Below are positions 1 to 12,507 of a DNA stretch of 64,000 nucleotides, in pieces. Location of the stretch: positions 74,276,001 through 74,340,000 of the forward strand of contig NC_091479.1 of assembly GCF_036971445.1 (NCBI RefSeq), read 5' to 3'. This DNA comes from Narcine bancroftii (Eukaryota). Positions within the stretch are counted from its first letter, which is position 1. Each line of letters begins with the position of its first letter. The notes beneath the pieces were generated by a model. That model saw nothing but the letters and a program-made list of their open reading frames with translations, was not told the origin of the DNA and searched no databases. The position numbers were made by a program, and so were the translations under genes.

Positions 1-80
1 TGTATATATTTGAAAAGGAAAATGTATGTATCTTGGTCAATGTGGTTTATGGTGTGAAAAATAAAAAAAATTTAAAAAAA
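1..80 (+). mobile_element. 3' end and A-rich tail of an L1-like LINE
   Basis: Closely similar to the 3' terminus of the L1 copy at 33535-33611 (tttatggtgtgaaaaataaaaaa..tttaaaaaaa). Confidence 0.75.
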
Positions 81-402
81 ACATAGACTATAAAGCAAGC
101 AGTATACCAACTATGTTGCCGGCAATAGGTTACCTGCACTCATCCCTGACTTACACTGCTGATGTCACTCTGGTGCTAAGCTCCTGTAAAGTCCTGGTTC
201 AGTTGTTTATGGCAATGTCCTATAGGGTGGCTGGGCCTTGAGCACAAATCCTATAATCTGAGAATTCAGGATAAGATCAGCCCACTGCTGATTAAAAAAT
301 AATATGTCATAGTCATCTATGTTTAAGGAGGTTGCTTTTAAAAACTATCACTGTTCACTTGATGCATTAGCAGAGAGCAGTTAATAACCAATGACGTTTA
401 AT

Positions 403-632
403 TTAGATGTACAACATGGTAAAGGGCCCTTCTGGCCCATCAGCCCGTGCCACCCAAAAACCCCTATTAACCTACATTCCCCCATATGTTTTTAAAGGTA
501 GGAGGAAACTTGAGCACCCAGAGGAAACACATGTAGACACAAAGAGAACTCCTTACGGGCAACGCTGGATTCGAACCCGGGTCACTGGCACTGTAATAGT
601 GTTGTGCTAACTGCTAAGCTAACTGTGCCATC
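403..632 (-). mobile_element. tRNA-derived SINE
   Basis: Pol III B-box GGGTTCGAATCC on the minus strand (567-578); homologous copies at ~11.4, 19.8, 42.3, 47.1 and 62.0 kb. Confidence 0.75.
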
Positions 633-699
633 CCAACTGCCTGATGCAAACCTAATCTGTACCTAATAAGGTACTGCCAGATGTTCAACTAAGGAAATA

Positions 700-1810
700 A
701 GAAAGGATAGACAAAATTCAAAGTTTGCAGGTGCTATACTGGAAATCTTGCTGGAGATGATGGGAAACAAGAGAAATCAATATTTGCAAGAAGACTAGAT
801 CCCCTCCTGTTCCCAATGTTGAGCAAGCCCAGAACAAAGGGTTACAGTCCAAGGATAAGGGCAAGCCATTTAAGACTGAGATGAGGAGTGTTACAAGATC
901 AAACCAGCAACCACAAAGAAGGCACATCACACAGGGATAAAGATGAACAATTACTTAATTAACAAAAATTCACTTTCAAACTTTAATTCAAAATCCCCCC
1001 CTTTTATAACAATGCCCACTGGTTACTAAGAAAATTTACATCACAGTGTAAAACTAATAAATTCCCCAGCCTAAATGTAACATATGTAATTAATGTCTAA
1101 GTTATATTTCCAACCAGCCCACAGAAAAACTTAGACACAAAACAAACACAAAAACACACAAGACTCACAAAACTTCGATCTCAACTGAAGCAAAGATCAT
1201 AAACAAAATTTAGTTTGTTTGGTAAATTGAAGCCACAAGATCTTTGAGAGAGAGAGCACAAAATTCGAAGTTGTCTTCTTGTGTTGCTTGCAAAGAGGAA
1301 CAATGGCTTGGTTCGGATCCTTCTGGCTGCCTTCGGAATGTTCATCCTTTTTTGAAATCCCAACATTCGAAACTGTCCTCCAGACCATGACTCATGCCCT
1401 GGGCCTTCTTCACTCCACAGCACCACCCAGTGGTGGTTTGTCTTCCAAGTCCAGAAATTTCTAGATCATTTTCTGCACATGCTCAGTCCATCTCCAACTC
1501 TCAGCAGTCCACCTTCACCTTGGCTCAAAGGCAAACTCTCACTTTTTAACATAAAACCACACAACACATAGGTCAATACACAACACAGAACTCTGTATCA
1601 GGAGAAACTCTTTTAGAGTTGTGAACTTGTGGAACTCCCTCCCATAGAAAGTTGCTGAGGCCAGTTCAAAAAGGGGTTCAAGGGGTTTGGAGAGAAAGTA
1701 GGAATGGGATACTGAAGTCATGATTCAATACAATCGTGGTTGATCATGAATGATGGAGAGGCTCAACAGGCTAAATGACCCCCTCCTGCTCCTATTTTCT
1801 ATGTTTCAAC
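700..1810 (+). mobile_element. Degenerate CR1-type LINE 3' end, split by a solo LTR
   Basis: taagactgagatgaggag|aaactc...ttgtgaacttgtggaactccctccca becomes a continuous CR1-like 3' region once 889-1604 is removed; ends in cctgctcctattttctatgtttc. Confidence 0.7.
889..1600. mobile_element. Solo LTR (712 bp) with 4-bp TSD GGAG
   Basis: Termini TGTTACA...TGTATCA; GGAG at 885-888 and 1601-1604. Confidence 0.8.
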
Positions 1811-3459
1811 ACATCAGAAAGAAGTGCAGATGAAGGGAACAAGCTGTAGATAAGAGGAAGATTTCAATGGGCTAGACATGTGGTCACAAAGGAGGCAAAT
1901 GGAAATAAATCAGAAGTAGATAGCAATGCAAGACAAACAAGGGAATCACAACAGTTGGTATAATACTGTACAGAAGAAAGGACGGTAAGCATCTCTGTGG
2001 ATCTCTAAACATGGAAGAATGTATAGGTAAGATCTGTACGGTTTTAATTTGGAATACATTGTTTGATTAGAAAATGATACTAGTGATTATACTGCCATAT
2101 GAGTAATTCAAAGAATTGGACTTCAAAGGGAGAGGATAAGACATGTGTGACCTCAATACCCACCCACCCACCCCACTGCTCCAATCAGCGCCCAAGCTCA
2201 ACCTGTCTGTCAGAGGGTCCAGCGGCGGGGTTCCGGATCAATTAGCAGGCGGAATGATGGGAGTAGTGGGGTGGCGGGGGGGGGGGGGGGGGGGAGAAAA
2301 GATTGTGACATCTCTTCTCCCTGCCTGCACAGCCAATCACTATGCTGCAGGCCCAATGTGATGTTGGCAGGTGGAAGGACTTGATGGGGGTTAAGGTCCA
2401 GAAGCTCCTCCCTGTCTAATCCACAGCACTTGCTCCCCACGTGTGATCTTGAGCTCTGTTTCTTTCCTCCCATTTGTGTGGTGTGCTCCATTTTTCATTG
2501 ACTGTTCCGCTGGAACTAAAACATGCCTCTGCAAGATGAGGGAGCAGCTGAAAGGGTAGGTAGAGGAGGAACCCATTCATTGGCCTGACTCACATAATCG
2601 GAACCACTTGAATCTGGTTTGCCATCTCGGCACAGGAGCACAGCGGGGATGCCCGTGCTGGAGTGACCACCAGTACAGGTAGGTTGTCACGTCCTTGCTC
2701 TGGGCTCCAGCTGCACAGAGGTAGGGGAGAGGCTTCCCCTAGGAGCCAGACGCTTAACTTGGAATATTAAAAAAAGTGAATGTTAGGTGAGGAAAAGCAG
2801 CCACAAGAGCCCTGTATCCATGGATTTGGGTTTGACGAGGAGTCAAGCGGATGCTGTCTTGACCTGCCCTGGAACCGAAAGGACAACAGAGAAACACAAA
2901 AAAGCCTGCTGATGCTGGAATCTTGAGCAGAGAAAGAATTGGTGGAGGAAGTCACAGGTCAGACAACATCTGTGGGGAGAAATGGTCAGTTGTCGAACTC
3001 GGGGCAGAACATCAAGAGGCGATACGGTTTGGGGCAGGGGGACACTTGGTCTCGGATTGGCGTCTTTTCAAGCAGTAATATATCTGAAAGCTCCAGAAGC
3101 TAGTGCTCTGCAGGTGGGTGGGGGGGCGGGGGCATGGCCCGCAAATGCCTCCCACCCCACCATGACGCCGACCCTGTGTATATACGAGGTCTTTTAAACT
3201 GTAATTGACGATTGGGGTTCTGCGATTTCCAGGTGCTCCCAAAAGGGTTCCATGAGCCAAAAGGTTTGGGAAGCCCTGGCTTAGTCAATATTGAAAGATA
3301 CATTTTATTGCTGTGAATAATAGCACAATATTTTCAAAAGGATTTACTGGTGATGAAACAATTTTTTCACTGTAACACATAGGATTGTCCATTTCTTCTT
3401 TACCCTCCACTGTACTCGGTTCTCCACTGTCCTGGCATCATTAAGGAGAGCGGCCTTCT

Positions 3460-3585
3460 GGGCAGGAGTGGCGACGGCAGTGGGGAGATGTTGGGGATCA
3501 GTGACAGTGGCAGGAGTGGGGACCTTGGGCTCCCGGGCAGGATCAGTGACAGCGGTGGGGAGGTGTCGGGGATCAGCGACGGTCG
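3460..3585. repeat. Short degenerate GC-rich tandem repeat
   Basis: Recurring ggatcagtgacag(t/c)gg and gtggggag motifs. Confidence 0.5.
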
Positions 3586-3709
3586 ATACAAATATTCTAC
3601 TGATGCCTCTGAGCTTGCTTAAAGGCATTCCCAGTTATTCAAAAAATTCAATTCACTGAAAAACATCCAGTCACAAGCATTTTGGATAATCAGAAATGTC
3701 TGTACTTAC

Positions 3710-3846
3710 CTTTCAAACTGAGAATCTGTCATTCTAAGACAATAACACTCAAGGACTTTTCGAAGTTCATAGCACTGAATGCATTCATCCTTGTTATAAT
3801 CAAATAACTTAAAGGCTCTGATGAGATTTTTTACATTCTTTAGGAT
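3710..3846 (-). CDS. EFCAB6: EF-hand calcium-binding domain protein 6, coding exon (137 nt)
   Basis: ttttcttag|...|gtaagt; ILKNVKNLIRAFKLFDYNKDECIQCYELRKVLECYCLRMTDSQFE(R) contains an EF-hand-like segment and resembles human VFKNIKTVMKAFELIDVNKTGLVRPQELRRVLETFCMKL. Confidence 0.88.
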
Positions 3847-4049
3847 CTAAGAAAACACAAGTAGTTTAGATGTTTTCAAAATTATTACACAGAAAATTAA
3901 ACAGTTTGCAACAATCAAATCAGTGATAGTTCCATCCTCTTTTTTGTGAATCCCAAATGAAGCTGACTTATCTGTAATACCACACTTCATTAATATGGCA
4001 GACATTCTAGTCCCATTTAAATCACAAACTAGCCTTAATAGACTATTGA

Positions 4050-4470
4050 TGTGTATGCTGTAGAAACAGGGCATTCAGCCAAACCTAACCATGCCAAACA
4101 AATTGCTGATTTGAAATAGTCCCATTTGTCTGCATTTGATGGATATCCCTCAAAACCTTTCCTATCCATGTACCTGTTGAAAAGTCTTTTAAACATTGTA
4201 ATCATACCCACCTCTATGGCATTTTGTTACTTTTTCCCACGAATGAAAATATCCCCCTTGGAGCCCTTTAAAATCTTGCCCCTTTCATCTTAAAGCTGTG
4301 CCCTTTAGTTTTTGGCTCCCGTACCATGGACAAAAATAATTGCCAATATTCACCTCATCCATGCCACTCGTGATTTTATAAAGTTAACAATCTTCTTATG
4401 CTCCAAAAGAATAAGACCCAACCTTTCCAATTCACTCCATCCAAACCAAGTAAAATCTTTCCAGCTTAAT
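4050..4470 (-). mobile_element. CR1-type LINE 3' fragment
   Basis: Similar to the other CR1 3' ends here (aaacctttcctatccatgtacctg, catcttaaagctgtgccc). Confidence 0.65.
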
Positions 4471-4479
4471 CTCTTTTCT

Positions 4480-6220
4480 ATAGCTGGATGACAAATGGGT
4501 TCGAGACCAGGGACTGGAGCTGTTTCAGGACGCCTGCCACCCATGATGGCTATGTAAACATCGATGAGTACACCAGCTCACTGACTGGCAATATTAGCAA
4601 GTGCATTGAGGATTTCACAGAGGTCACATGCCACACATTCAGGGCTAACCAGCAACCATGGTCGGACGCAGAGGTCTGTGCACATCTCAGAGCTCAGGAT
4701 GCAGTCTTCAGGACAGAAGACAAGAAGGTACTAAGGTCAGCCAGGGCTGAACTCTCCCACGCAATCCAGAAGACAAAGCTTGGGTCCGCACAGATAATCC
4801 GCAGACAGGTGTGCGACATGGGCGACATGAGGTGCCTGAGGCAAGGTATCAAAACAATAACAGATCATAAGACAACCTTGCAAGTCACCAATAACAACGC
4901 CTCTCTTTCAGACAGACTGAACATCTTCTATGCACAGTTTGACAAGAAGAATACGCTGGTACCAAAGAAAGCTCTGTCTCTCCCTGAAAAACAGGACCCT
5001 TGCATAGCTGCAGCTGAGGGAAGGAGAATCCAATCCAAGGTGAACCCACACAAGGCATTGGGATTGGACATCATCCCCCGTCATGTACTAGGATTGTGCA
5101 GACCAACTGACAGAGGTCCTCAGACATCTTCAACACATCACTGCAGCAGTCCACCATCCTTGTGGGTTTCAAGGCAGCCACCATTATCCTGGTATCAAAG
5201 AGGGCAACAGTAACAGGCCTCAACAATTACCACCCAGTGGCACTGACCTCCACGATTATAAAAATTTTCAAGCGCCTGGCGATGAAGCGTAACAAAGCGC
5301 AGCCCCTAGAGACACTGGACCACTGACAATGCTATAGCCTTGTCCCCTCCATTTCATCCTGACCCACCTGGAGAATGATGCCTCATTTGCCAGGCTGCTG
5401 TTCATTGATTTCAACTCAGTGTTTAATTCAGTCACATCCCAGAGGCTGCTGGAGAACCCATCCTTGCTGGGTCTCAGCAGGATTCTGGATTTCCTAACAG
5501 AAAGACCAAAGCCTGTCTGGGTCGACAGCACAACGTTGAGCACCATCACATTGAGCACTGGCGCACCTCAGTGCTATGTGCTCAGCCCACTCCTGTTCAC
5601 ACCACTGACCCCAACTGCAAGACCAGATCCAGCTCCAACAGTGTCATCAAGTTTCCAGATGACATAACAGTAGTTGGTCTCATCAGCAACAACGATGAGT
5701 CGCACTATGGAGAAGAGGTGGAAAATATTATGAAAAGATGTGAGAATAGTAACCCGAGTCACAATGTGGATAAGACAAAGGGGACTTCAGGAAGATCAGG
5801 GACAACCGACCTCCACTGCCCATCAATACTCTGTAGTAGAGAGAGTGGAGAGCATCAAGTTCCTCAGAGTCAATGCAAGAAGTGACAATCCTGGACACAC
5901 AACATCTCCTCACTTGTCAGGAAGGCACAACAGTAACTGCACTTCCTTAGAAGGCTGAGGTGGGCAAAGTCACCGACTACCATTCTATCAACCTTATACA
6001 GGAGATATAGCGAGAACATCCTGGCCGGCTGCATCACAGTGTGGTGCGATTGCTGTAGTGTATTGATCAGAGGTCAATCCACAGGACCATAAAAGTTGCT
6101 GAGAGGATCACTGGGGTCTCTGTTTAACTCCCCCTCCCACCCACTCCCATCAATGTTATTTACTGAGGATCATTGTTTAAAGATGGCTCGTAAAATCAGC
6201 GATGATTCTTACTGCACTAC
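4480..6220 (+). mobile_element. Degenerate Rex1/Babar-type LINE reverse transcriptase region
   Basis: Frameshifted RT motifs: NQQPW, LNIFYAQFD, ARLLFIDFNSVFN, STGAPQCYVLSPLLF, IKFPDDITVVGLI, VERVESIKFL. Confidence 0.85.
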
Positions 6221-6288
6221 CAATAAGTGGTAATTTTGCTTTGCCCATAGGAAAAAGAATCTCAGGGTTGTTTGTGATGTCATGTATG

Positions 6289-6555
6289 TACCATATATTT
6301 CGGCGTATAAACAAAACAAAAAAAAAAAAATCACTCAAAAAGTGGGGGTCGACTTATATGGCAGATACACTTTGGAGACCTTAAATTCACCGAAAAAAAC
6401 AGATTGACGTCATTTCGGCATATAAGTCGTCAGTGGAAGCACCTCCCCACCCTCGGCACTGCCGCTCACCACTGGTCGCCACCAAAGCCTCTCCTACCTG
6501 GGACCCTGAGGTCGCCGCCGCCTCTGCCTGGTAGGTGGAGGTTCCTGCTCCCAGA
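6289..6555. mobile_element. Truncated non-autonomous DNA transposon, same family as 39188-39689
   Basis: Starts taccatatatttcggcgtataa; shares gaagcacctccccacc...cctacctgggaccctgaggtcgc with the 39.2 kb copy. Confidence 0.65.
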
Positions 6556-6825
6556 TTACAAATTTGCAAAATACTGGGCCACCTTCGGAATAATTACTCT
6601 TCTAGGATGCATTTCAAAATCCACCGCTTTAAAATAGATTTTGTTCATCTTTCGTCATAATTCACTGACAAAGATAAAACACAACTTGCCTTGGGGCACA
6701 TTGCTGGTCAAAGGCATTTTGTAAGCACGAGGTTTTTTTTTTGGTAGGTGCATTTTTCCACTTCACAACAATAAATGCAAATCAATTTTTGGGTTTTTGT
6801 TTGTAGAATTTGATGAATTTCTCAC

Positions 6826-6892
6826 CTTTTCTCTGAGGTGATTCTCAATTTGTCTTAATGTCATATTGCAATTGGAGGTGATGGAACAGCTC
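6826..6892 (-). CDS. EFCAB6: EFCAB6 coding exon (67 nt)
   Basis: ttccccag|...AAG|gtgaga; (R)SCSITSNCNMTLRQIENHLREK vs human NCCRTLKELEIQVGEK; phases fit both neighbouring exons. Confidence 0.82.
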
Positions 6893-7414
6893 CTGGGGAA
6901 AGAGGAAAAATAGAAAAACAGATGTTATTGTGCAATGAATACAGATAGTTATTTAAAATCTATACTTCAATTTATCCATTTAAATGCATGCTATTTACTT
7001 TCATCGATACCTGCACTATTTATTGGGCATGGTGGGTGAGCTGGCATCACCACAAAATATCTTTGGTTGCACACGTTTCTTGAAAAATCCCAAATAGAAA
7101 TTACTCATCAAATGCGATAAGGACAAAAATAAAACAGCTTAAATGTTGACACTTCAAAAGTTGTGACACTGTTAATACATATTTAACCCAATTCATTGCA
7201 TACACATATTCATACTTCTTTTGCAATGACCCCATAACTGGCAAGTGGGTCTGATTTATTGGCTTGATTACTGTAATATTAGATAGTTAAGAGATAACTG
7301 AAAAAATAAACTTTTCTTTTCATGGGTGAAATGGTTGTAATTACTAGACATATAAATCTGTCAGAGCCCAAAGAAAACATTTGAGCTTCTACCTTCATCC
7401 ACACAAAACTAGGA

Positions 7415-8395
7415 ACCACTTACAGCACAGAACAGGCCAGTTCAGCCCTACTAGTCCATGCCGTATCAAATCCCCACCCTCCTAGTCCCACTGACCAGCA
7501 CCCGGTCCATACCCCTCCAGTCCTCTCCTATCCATGTAACTATCCAGCCTTTCCTTAAATGTAACCAATGATCCCGCCTCAACTACGTCTGCCGGAAGCT
7601 CATTCCACATCCCTACCACCCTTTGCGTAAAGAAATTTCCCCTCATGTTCCCCTTATAATTTTCCCCCTTCAACCTTAAACCATGCCCTCTAGTTTGAAT
7701 CTCCCCCACTCTTAATTGAAAAAGCCTATCCACATTTACTCTGTCCCTTTTAAAATCTTAAACACCTCTATCAAGTCCCCCCTCAATCTTCTACGCTCCA
7801 GAGAAAAAAGCCCTAGTCTGCACAACCTTTCCCTGTAACTCAAACCTTGAAATCCTGTCAACATTCTTGTGAACCTTCTCTACAGATGACCATCAAAATT
7901 GCATAGTTAGGTAGTGTTTTGTTACCTGCAAAGCCTGTATGGCAGAGCATTTACTTGGATTTTGGTATTATCAGTAAGCAAATGCTCTAATAATGAAAAA
8001 AAAGATATTTTAGTAAAATTTTGTTTATATCTTTCCTATAATTTGGTGACCAAAGCTGTACACAATACTCCAAATTTGGCCTCACCAATGCCTTGTACAA
8101 TTTCATCATAACCTCCCTACTCTTGAATTCAATACTCCGATTTATGAAGGCCAACATTCAAAATGCCTTCTTCACCACACCATCTACCTGAGTATCAGCC
8201 TTGAGGGTACTATTTACCATAACTCCTAAATCCCTTTGTTGCTCTGCACATCTCAATAGCCTACCATTTAATGCATATGACCTATTTAGATTTGCCTTTC
8301 CAAAATGTAACACCTTACACTTATCTGTATTAAATTCCATCAGCCATTTCTCAGCCCACACTCCAGCCTTCCTAAATCACCTTTTAATCTACAGT
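7415..8395 (-). mobile_element. 5'-truncated CR1-type LINE carrying an internal 136-bp foreign insert
   Basis: ORF2 C-terminal peptides WAEKWLMEFNTDKCKVLHFG, QRDLGVMV and TRGHGLRLKG...NFFTQRVVGMWNELP. Confidence 0.9.
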
Positions 8396-9548
8396 AATCA
8401 CCCACAGATGAGATAGGGAGAGGGCTGGTCCTAAAGCGGTGTGCCAAATTTTTGCAATAGGTACAGTAACAATATCCCAGAAAAAAAAATCATGCATCTG
8501 GAAGAAATTCACTGCTGTACTATTCACAAAAGTAACTGAATCAGTTACTCAACCGTTGCTTTTCTCATTTAAATATGCGGCACCCATCAATCAAAATTCT
8601 GTTACATTTTTGTTTAAAATTTTACTAAAATATCTTTTTTTTCATTATTAGAGCATTTGTTTACTGATAATACCAAAATCCAAGTAAATGCTCTGCCATA
8701 CAGGCTTTGCAGGTAACAAAACACTACCTAACTATGCAATTTTGATGGTCAAATTAACAAATTAACTTGAATATAGAATGGTTTTATGTTCAGTGGGATG
8801 ATATCATGTGCTTTATCTCAACTATGCGAGCTGAAGCACCACAATTGACATCAGTTTTTTTTGCGAGGAAACAATCAGGGCTCTCATTCCCAAAGGCTAG
8901 AATATGCTATAAAACATTACGTTTTTTAACAAAATACTTCATGGGACCAATCACCGACAAGATATTCAACACACAGGTGAATTTTCAGATGCCACTTGTG
9001 GCTTACAGCAATATCCCAAATCCATTGTGCTCAAGGCAAAAATTAGAAATTTTACAGAACTTCTGTGAAAAATCTGCTTCATTATCACATGTAAAACACA
9101 TGCAATATTTCCTGGAGATCTTTCTCTAGATATATAAAGGCTAATGTTTTTCACCCAGGATACCACCAAATTATAAATTCTAAATGTGAAGGTATTAATC
9201 TTGTCCTAAACCCTCCACTATCAACCTCTACAAATCTAACTACCCAAAATACAAAACCAATAAAGAAACTTTCATGATTTTCAGAACTTGAATGGAAAAA
9301 AAAATGTACTATTATTTCCTTGTCGATGGTGCAACCACATATTGAACTCAACCAGAAAATACTGGTCAAAATCAGCATCTGTATACAGAAAGGTTTTGGA
9401 TACATACTGTTCCTCAGATTTATGAAAGGTACAAACACAAAACGTTGCCAGATAATTTTTACTTGCCAACTTGCTACTTCTTTGCAGTGTTTGCCCAATT
9501 TTATTTCAAATTTCTAGTTTATCTTTATTTTAAGATTTCAGTGCAAAC

Positions 9549-9643
9549 CTACTGTTTGCCCTTCTTACTTGGGACGCATCCAATGAGTAAAATTTCTCCA
9601 AAAATACCATATAAGGTACCGTTTCATCACTATTGATCGGAAT
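9549..9643 (-). CDS. EFCAB6: EFCAB6 coding exon (95 nt; donor position inferred from phase)
   Basis: ttttaaag|IPINSDETVPYMVFLEKFYSLDASQVRRANS(R) vs human IPLSTSGTVPYLEFLSRF; the phase-2 donor AG|gtttgc is needed to join the next exon in frame. Confidence 0.78.
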
Positions 9644-10097
9644 CTTTAAAATAGGAATAAACCTTATGATAAAGAACAGAAGATTGAGCAATACTGCAAT
9701 TGTTCCTCAAAGAAATGCAGTGACGGCAGAGTGAATCATTCACTTTTTTGGACTGGCTGAAGTATCAAATTTTAAAAGCATCTGAAGCAGAAGTTCATTT
9801 TTCCATGTTTATACGATCCAAGTAATTAATATTTCAGAATCAACTTTTGTTCTACAATCTGCAAAACTATATGGGTATTTAACTCTTTGCAACAGATAAA
9901 TTACCATGACAACAAATTCCTTTGAATCAGCAGAAAACTAAATTGATTGTCCATCATATGACACAAATGATGACTTGTCCCATTTGTGACCATCCATTCT
10001 TCTTCCTTCTTGCTAATGAAATAGTTTTATTCCAGTTGAGTTGCTGTCTCATTTTGTTCTTCACCAATAACATCATTACATTCTCCAGAGTGCCACT

Positions 10098-11067
10098 TGT
10101 GACAGATATTGTATATAGAAAGGTTTTAAAAGGAGATAAATCATGGCAATTAAAAAAAAACTGTAGGTCACATACAAACACTTCAAGACAGATCTCATTT
10201 AAAATGCCAGAGCTCTGCTCAAGCCAGACAGTCCAGGCTCCGAGTGCCTTTGCACAAACTTTGAAGAATGCCTATAAGGATTTCATCAGTAGGTGTTAAT
10301 TGGACATGCTATGGAGTAATGGATTTGGAAATCAACAAATCAATGAACTCAGAAGATTAAGTCCAGAGCCAGAGAGAGAGAGAGAGAGAGAGAATTCAGT
10401 TCTACAGGTCCATAGTTCAGCAGCAGCAGCTGGGACTGGAACAGGACAAGCTGGCAAGCTTGTGGAAAAACCCCATTTGGAAGACGGGTTGTGAGTGCTT
10501 AGTTCAGCCTGGTCAAAGCCCTTGTGGTCCATACAAGAGGAGATGGCTGGCTGTATAATGTTTCACTTTAAATAAGGGAAACAAAAAGGAAGTCTGTGGT
10601 AACCTGAAAGAAAGAGGTTATCATCTGGAAAACCCTCAAGGGGCAAGTTTCTTCGGAAAGAAGAAAGGAATCAATTGTGGGTGTCCACTGAGCAACAAAT
10701 CTCTCTCTAAAAACCAACAAGAACCTTCCTGAGCAGTAACCATTTACCTTTCAAGCACTAAAGTCTTGAAATTCATAAATGTTAAATTCTGTGCACAACA
10801 TAAGAATTGCCTACAACCGGTGAACTTAGAGAAGTGAGATTGGATTGTGAATTAAAGAACTTGTCTTAACTTGCACACACATTACATACATGTGTACTTA
10901 GAATAAGAAGAAGGTTAAATTAGGTTAAGTTAATAGTAATAAGTTAAAGTTTGATCCCGTTTTCATGTTTGATAAAAGATAATTAAAAGCCACTTTTGTT
11001 TAAGTAACCATTTGTCTTGGTGAATTTCTATTACTGCTGGGTTTTGGGGTCCTCTGGGCTCATAACA
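10098..11067. mobile_element. Solo LTR (~970 bp), reverse-complement homologue of 30830-31847
   Basis: Termini TGTGACA...CATAACA; flanks cact/aact (4-bp TSD with 1 mismatch); collinear with the 30.8 kb copy. Confidence 0.8.
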
Positions 11068-11384
11068 AACTCAAATGAAATTTTAACCCACACTTACCAT
11101 GTACTATTCAAATAATTTCAAATAAAAGCATCCACAAAATCATAAGCGAACCACATTCTATGTAAACCGGGCTGCAACCATTTCCTTTCTAGAAAGAGCA
11201 GCAGGAGTTCTGGACTTTGACTGCATCCTTTCCCTAAAACATACAATTCTACTCCTTCCATTTCAAAGCTGTGTGTGATCAGAGAAATGCAAACAAACAT
11301 GCACAAATATTATTTATTCTTTGATGCACACGTTGTTATCAAAAAGACTATTGAGTGCTCATTCCTCATTATTTTTTTCCCCAC

Positions 11385-11555
11385 CCACAGCCCGATGCTA
11401 CCCAATTACACCCAAATGACCTATAACCCCCACACCCTTTTGAATGGTTTTGAGGAGAGCTGTGCAGACTTGGGAAGAACGTATAAACTCCTGACAGAAA
11501 GCACCAGCTTAAAACTTCAGTTGTTGGCACTGTAACAGTGTTGTGCTAACTGTGA
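11385..11555 (-). mobile_element. tRNA-derived SINE, degenerate
   Basis: cccaattacaccc...aaactcctgacaga...gcactgtaacagtgttgtgctaac, as in the other copies. Confidence 0.6.
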
Positions 11556-12507
11556 ATTGTAACTACCTTCTTGTATCTAAATAGTTCAAGCAATGAGAAT
11601 ATTCTTACAATGCTATTCAATAGGAAGTTCCAGGACCCTGATTAAGCAACTTAAAATTCAATTTGCAGTTTGGTTGGTATTTGCTAATCTAGGTTAATAG
11701 AGATGATAAATTTTGAAGGTCCTATTAAAGAAGCTGAAGTCTTATTTCTTGAAGCAATTATTAATTTAATAGCTCATGAAATGGATAGAGATGAGGTGAC
11801 ATGGAAAAAGGAGGATGACATCAGCATGAAGAGGAGAGAGACAAATTATTTAGGAAGCCCTGTCATGAAATAAGAAGGAAAAGATAATGTTGCAGCAGCA
11901 CCTCTGACTAATATGGGTAAAGACAAAAAGAATGAAACTCAGAAATTAGAGAGGTAAAGCACTTTCTGCCAATCCACTGTAATTTTCTCATTTTCTGCCA
12001 GATACTACAACCCAAATTATGGGAAGGTTCTTGAACTCTTGGCTGGAGACACAAGGGTCAGGCATTAAAGAGGAAAGACAGCTACGTGGACACAATTCAG
12101 CAAAATGTTTCCAACTACTGTAAGCAATTTCCGAGAAGATCTTAATAATACTTCAGAATTACAAATGAGGTTCAGAGTAACTTAGAATTTACAATAGAGC
12201 TGCACACAATCCCCAATAAACTTCAATTTGTTAAAATGAATCCAAGATTTCATGAAATATTAAAAGTTGATAGGTCTTCTGTTGGACAAATAATAGCAAG
12301 TGTATACTTAAAAAAAAATCATGAATATCACATTCTCAGATTCAATAATTTCCATGACAGCAGAATTGATTTTAAATGTGCCATATTATGAAATCTCAAT
12401 GTCTTTATTCGATTTCAGAAACAGCTCTTTCCTGCTGCCCAGGATTGTAAGAGAAGTAAAATTGGACAGCTGTTTCACATTGGACCTTAGGCATTTAATG
12501 AAATCAC

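Noticed and set aside
540-630. tRNA gene suggested by the B-box
   Set aside because: Part of a multi-copy SINE; no convincing cloverleaf
2276-2294. Poly-G tract (also G-rich at 47283-47314) as a functional G-quadruplex
   Set aside because: Lies in repeat-like intronic sequence; nothing supports function
4488-5213. 241-aa ORF
   Set aside because: Part of a frameshifted Rex1 LINE
9569-9643. Shorter EFCAB6 exon using the CAA|gtaaga donor
   Set aside because: A phase-0 end is incompatible with the next 67-nt exon; the 9549 donor is preferred, although this one looks stronger
11098-11268. Exon-like segment with an ATG|gtaagt donor on the minus strand
   Set aside because: No EFCAB6 homology, and the flanking exons already join in frame without it
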